From Candidatus Hydrogenedentota bacterium (lineage in GTDB: Bacteria > Hydrogenedentota > Hydrogenedentia > Hydrogenedentales > GCA-2746185): 10,424 bases of DNA. This document shows positions 6,992 through 10,424 of the stretch, one piece after another. The notes beneath the pieces were generated by a model that worked only from the letters and a program-made list of their open reading frames with translations, did no database searches and had not been told where the DNA came from. Made by a program: the position numbers and the translations under genes. The stretch lies in assembly GCA_046583315.1 (NCBI GenBank), contig JAYGCN010000073.1, forward strand, positions 1 through 10,424, read 5' to 3'. Position 1 is the first letter of the stretch, and every line of letters starts with the position of its first letter.

Positions 6992-7075
6992 GTTTGAGGG
7001 GATTTTCGACTCGTCCACTTTGCTCGTTACGACCTATGCTAGGATTGAAGTGTCCACAAGGAGGCATCGACTGTC

Positions 7076-7363
7076 ATGGGCCAGATTCCGGCTACCTCAA
7101 AGATTATCATCGGTATCTTGATCGTCCTGTCGCTTATATATCTCTGGTTCGGACATCTGGAAAACGAGCGTGAAACGGAGTTGGCTCGGCTCGCAGGAAC
7201 CGATCGACAAACTCAGATTTTGATGACCGAGCTGGACGAATATCGAATTCTCAATGGAAATCAGCAGCGAGGCATCCTGATTGCTGGAGGGGTAATCGTC
7301 CTCGTGGCCTCGATAGGATGGATCAGGCAATCCGATCACCAATCTGGGGCAGATTCAGAATAG
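7076..7363 (+). CDS. Hypothetical small membrane protein (2 predicted TM helices)
   Basis: AGGAGG upstream of the ATG. Hydrophobic segments IIIGILIVLSLIYLWF and ILIAGGVIVLVASIGWI flank a charged helical loop. The ORF fills the gap between neighbouring genes without overlap. Confidence 0.7.
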   Translation: MGQIPATSKIIIGILIVLSLIYLWFGHLENERETELARLAGTDRQTQILMTELDEYRILNGNQQRGILIAGGVIVLVASIGWIRQSDHQSGADSE

Positions 7364-7374
7364 GGACACTCGCC

Positions 7375-8124
7375 TTATTCATCGGAAAGAGTCGGAGAAT
7401 CGACCGGCTGATCACCCAGATCCCTACGAAACACCAGCTCACGAATATACAGCAGGAACAACCAATACGTGACGTACTCGCGAAATTCCGAAATGTTACT
7501 GCCGATGTTTGACGCGTCGCCGTATCCCCGGTCATTGAGAAGATGGGCGAATTGACTCACCAGTACACTGCCCAACAATGTGAAAACGGAATAGCGATCC
7601 GGAGCGAGATACCTCAGGTATCGATTGCGACTCTTGTGAAATCCGAAGGGCAGTACAACGAACAACACGAACATGCCCAGGTCAACAATACGTTTGATGG
7701 TGGACGTGCGATCGCCGACATTGTGCAAATTACGGTTCGCGGCGGCCTCGTCGGACTGTATGCCGCGGGCATACTCATAAAAATGCAACCCGTAATCAAT
7801 TTCTTCCAGGAAAACGAAAAAGGCGAAAAAGGCCAGGCCGCCGAATGCGACGCGTTCAACCAGATCTTTCTTGCGTACGGCACCCCGAATCGCGAAAACC
7901 ACCATGGCCAATAGTAGGACGTTCTGCAGATTCTCCAACAGTCCAAATTCACGTTGCGAGTTGCCATAGATCCCCTCAATTGTAGGTGTAATGATTTGCC
8001 GAAGCACAGGAATTCCGGAGAAATACATCAAAACCATCACCAATGTGGAGATGATAGGCACGGCGATGTACCAAATCAGTTTTTGACGGTTTTCTGCGAC
8101 TCCGGTGTCGTCCAGTTTATCCAT
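7375..8124 (-). CDS. Hypothetical polytopic membrane protein
   Basis: 249 aa with about 6 hydrophobic segments and motif-like GLLENLQ, FLEEIDYG, NLHN and SEFRE. It does not overlap the neighbouring genes. Confidence 0.82.
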   Translation of the reverse strand: MDKLDDTGVAENRQKLIWYIAVPIISTLVMVLMYFSGIPVLRQIITPTIEGIYGNSQREFGLLENLQNVLLLAMVVFAIRGAVRKKDLVERVAFGGLAFFAFFVFLEEIDYGLHFYEYARGIQSDEAAANRNLHNVGDRTSTIKRIVDLGMFVLFVVLPFGFHKSRNRYLRYLAPDRYSVFTLLGSVLVSQFAHLLNDRGYGDASNIGSNISEFREYVTYWLFLLYIRELVFRRDLGDQPVDSPTLSDE

Positions 8125-8230
8125 GCAAACCCCGCGAGAAGGATGAAGAGTGGTTCAGTGATGTCTCAATAGTATGCGTTCGATGCACCTGGATACACCG
8201 CCCGACACCGGTCAGCCGTGGTTTGCGAAC

Positions 8231-9586
8231 TCAATTCTTCGACCGGCTGACAAATCCCGATTGCTCGGAGTTTTCCTGTGCAGAGTCACTTCCCGTGCCG
8301 GGCACCCCAATCTTAACGGAACTCCCCGCCGGGTTCAGTTGGATGGTCGTCGCGCTATTGATCGTTCCGGTCCAGTTTGACTGTCTGTCAGCAGCGGTCC
8401 CATCCAGGCGGATAGTACCGCTGCTAGCAACCATTTCAACGGCCTGCGCGAAAGAATTCACGGGAAATGATGAAGTTCCACGTTCCGAACCGGTCCAGTC
8501 GAAATCAGTATTAACAGTCGAGATCTTGACTGGCGCCGCGTCCGAATACCCGATATCTTTCAATGCAGCAATGCCCAGCGCACCGTAAGTGAGACTCTGT
8601 ACGCCGGAAGCGATCGCATGTTTCATAATTTCATCTGGAAACGTAGGGGTATCCCAATGACTTAAACTACTTCCGCCGCTAAAAGAGATCGGGGAATAAA
8701 TCTTGGGAATCGCGTTGCCGTTTTCGGCTATCGAATTCGTTCCGGAAAAGCCAACATCATTCGAAACTAAATCGAACGCATTTCCGACGAAGGCGAAACT
8801 GGAATTCCACAAGTCGACCGCACCTGTAATCCGGGTAAGCCCATCTGTTAGGACCGTGAACACGCCTGGACTGCCTCCGCTTAGTGCGCTGTTGCCGCTT
8901 GCGTCACTCAATCCAATGAAGCCCAGCCCATGCGTTATTTCGTGGAGCATTACGGTGAACAGGTCATACTCCGACCCGGTTGGTGTGCCGGTGTCCGAGT
9001 TCCACGTATATCCAAAGTCGACCGTGACATTTAAATCGTGCGTCCCCCCCAAGGGATCGGAGCCCGTTGTTATGTGCTCGAAAGCAAATCCGTTGTCAAA
9101 ACGGTTTGGCGAGGTAAACCAAATGGTTCCCGCCGAGGCTAGAGATCCGGTTCCATCCATCTGGGATACGGCAATTGAAATATCAATTGTAGCTCCCGTC
9201 GTTTCGTTAAGTACATTATTGACGTACGTCAACACTGAGACTACGGTTGCTCGACGGGTTGCGCCGAAGGTAGCATCATCGAAACCGATTCCGTTGCTCG
9301 CTGTTACATCCGCATACGTGACGATGAAGGTCAGATTTCCGGCTCGTGTGCCATTCGAAACGACCGAATGAGGAAGGCCCGAAGATTGGGCGAATCGTCC
9401 CGGGTTTTCAGAGTCCACGATTTCGGTATACCCGGTATGTGGTTCGAAATAGATAAGATCCTCAGCGAAAGTGGGAACGGCATAATCCAACCCGACATAC
9501 GCTGTCAGGGCGAATACGATTGCGCAGCGATGAACCGAAATATGTCGCGTCGATTCAGATTTAACAGCATCTGTCACATTTGTCAT
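8231..9586 (-). CDS. Probably secreted zinc-metalloprotease-like (HExxH) protein
   Basis: DLFTVMLHEITHGLGF, followed by GSSLSHW and a possible Met-turn (DEIMK). The composition is Gly/Ser/Thr/Asn-rich, as in extracellular proteins, with an N-terminal hydrophobic segment. ATG 9586 (after GGGGA) is preferred; starts at 9610 or 9628 are possible. Confidence 0.78.
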   Translation of the reverse strand: MTNVTDAVKSESTRHISVHRCAIVFALTAYVGLDYAVPTFAEDLIYFEPHTGYTEIVDSENPGRFAQSSGLPHSVVSNGTRAGNLTFIVTYADVTASNGIGFDDATFGATRRATVVSVLTYVNNVLNETTGATIDISIAVSQMDGTGSLASAGTIWFTSPNRFDNGFAFEHITTGSDPLGGTHDLNVTVDFGYTWNSDTGTPTGSEYDLFTVMLHEITHGLGFIGLSDASGNSALSGGSPGVFTVLTDGLTRITGAVDLWNSSFAFVGNAFDLVSNDVGFSGTNSIAENGNAIPKIYSPISFSGGSSLSHWDTPTFPDEIMKHAIASGVQSLTYGALGIAALKDIGYSDAAPVKISTVNTDFDWTGSERGTSSFPVNSFAQAVEMVASSGTIRLDGTAADRQSNWTGTINSATTIQLNPAGSSVKIGVPGTGSDSAQENSEQSGFVSRSKN

Positions 9587-9628
9587 GTCGTTTCCCCATC
9601 CTTCGGACATTCGATTTTTCGTTACCAC

Positions 9629-9663
9629 TGAGTTTTACGCAATAGTGAGTTTCGCGCAAATAG
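9629..9663. repeat. Imperfect tandem repeat (17/18 bp) in the divergent protease/xylB intergenic region
   Basis: TGAGTTTTACGCAA-TAG (9629-9645) is followed directly by TGAGTTTCGCGCAAATAG (9646-9663). Confidence 0.6.
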
Positions 9664-9790
9664 TATGGGCTCATCCCAAAGAGTAATGGATTTTACCCTT
9701 CGAATCAACCCCGTCAGGCTGTCACTGGTTCCCGAAATGAACGGGGCCTGGCTTCGAAAATGCACATGTGTAGGCTTCACCACTTTTCGC

Positions 9791-9819
9791 TAGAGATCTT
9801 CATGTTGGCTTGGTATAGT
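9791..9819 (+). promoter_or_regulatory. Putative extended -10 promoter for xylB
   Basis: TAGAGA (9791-9796), a 17-nt spacer ending in TGG, then TATAGT (9814-9819), 51 nt upstream of the xylB GTG. Confidence 0.5.
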
Positions 9820-9870
9820 AGGCTCTTTCGTGAAGGTCGCGAATTCTTGCTGCAAAGAAAGGGATTTGGG

Positions 9871-10424
9871 GTGTATTTAGGAATCGATCTTGGTACTTCG
9901 GCCGTAAAAGCGGTGCTTGTTGACGACTCGGACACGGTGGTCGACCAGGCCGGTGCGTCGCTCGAGGTATCGCGTCCCCATCCGCTTTGGTCCGAGCAGG
10001 ATCCCGCGCATTGGTGGGCCGCCACGAATTCCGCCGTGCAGGAAATCAGGGATCGGCGATCTTCTGAGATGAAAGAAGTCAAAGCGGTCGGACTCTCAGG
10101 ACAGATGCACGGCGCGACCCTTCTCGGCCCAGATAACAAAGTCCTTCGCCCGGCAATTCTCTGGAACGATGGCAGGAGCGGTCAGGAATGCCTGGAAATC
10201 GAGAAGGCCGTGTCCAATTCACGCGCCATCGCCGGAAACGTCGCCATGCCCGGATTCACCGCACCGAAATTGGCCTGGGTACGCAAGCATGAACCAGATA
10301 TTTTCGCAAAAGTCACCAAAGTCCTGCTCCCGAAAGATTATCTTCGATTTTTGATGACCAACGAATTCGCGTCCGATATGTCCGACTCAGCTGGCACCCT
10401 TTGGATGGATGTCGCGAACCGTAA
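9871..10424 (+). CDS. xylB: Xylulokinase (FGGY family), 3' end outside window
   Basis: Manual translation from GTG 9871 (AAAGGGA upstream) is open to the window end: MYLGIDLGTSAVKAVLVD...SRPHPLWSEQDPAHWW...GLSGQMHGATLL...LRPAILWNDGRS...MPGFTAPKLAWVRKHEPDIF...LLPKDYLRF...SDMSDSAGTLW. Confidence 0.95.
   Translation, partial: MYLGIDLGTSAVKAVLVDDSDTVVDQAGASLEVSRPHPLWSEQDPAHWWAATNSAVQEIRDRRSSEMKEVKAVGLSGQMHGATLLGPDNKVLRPAILWNDGRSGQECLEIEKAVSNSRAIAGNVAMPGFTAPKLAWVRKHEPDIFAKVTKVLLPKDYLRFLMTNEFASDMSDSAGTLWMDVANR

Noticed and set aside
6936..7010. Partial inverted repeats (AACTTCCAAAA/TTTTGCAAGTT; ATACG/CGTAT) suggesting a structured RNA or riboswitch
   Set aside because: The pairings are short, imperfect and interrupted, and I recognise no riboswitch consensus. 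An Rfam/Infernal search would be needed to decide.
8125..8233. Possible Sec readthrough at other TGA stops (protease at 8233-8231; flippase at 4428-4426)
   Set aside because: Neither has a redox-motif context. Protease readthrough is out of frame with the next gene, and the flippase frame hits another TGA two codons later.
8703..9371. 222-aa plus-strand ORF
   Set aside because: It is antisense to the HExxH protein and has no independent motif or RBS.
9777..10354. Track ORFs 9777..10139 (-) and 10169..10354 (+)
   Set aside because: Both overlap the unambiguous xylB frame that starts at 9871.
1..10424. CRISPR arrays, tRNA/rRNA (including tRNA-Sec), IS elements, prophage genes
   Set aside because: I saw no regularly spaced repeats, cloverleaf, transposase or integrase motifs, or terminal inverted repeats. 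The window is almost entirely protein-coding.

Overview
Bacterial chromosomal window with no rRNA, tRNA, CRISPR array or mobile element. Gene order from left to right: a 3'-truncated mcsB-like gene and mcsA (both -); a SUI1/YciH-family gene (+); a GAF-like/PP2C (SpoIIE/RsbU-type) phosphatase (-); a signal-peptide-bearing thioredoxin-fold redoxin (-); a UPF0104/LPG-synthase-TM (flippase-like) membrane protein (-); a class I/II PLP aminotransferase (-); two hypothetical membrane proteins; a probably secreted HExxH metalloprotease-like protein (-); and the 5' part of xylB (+). mcsB and xylB are missing from the ORF track because they run off the window. Three observations stand out. (1) The redoxin that the ORF track splits in two is one 381-aa reading frame with an in-frame UGA at the redox site (WASW-U-G-C) and a SECIS-like hairpin directly downstream, which makes it a probable exported selenoprotein. 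(2) The McsB homologue has an open frame but has lost most of its visible conserved catalytic residues (NEEDH->NGADH, CPTN->SLAD), so it is a candidate pseudokinase. (3) The best RBS+ATG for the PP2C gene is out of frame and opens a 21-codon uORF that overlaps the annotated start, which points to a frameshift, a sequencing error or translational coupling.
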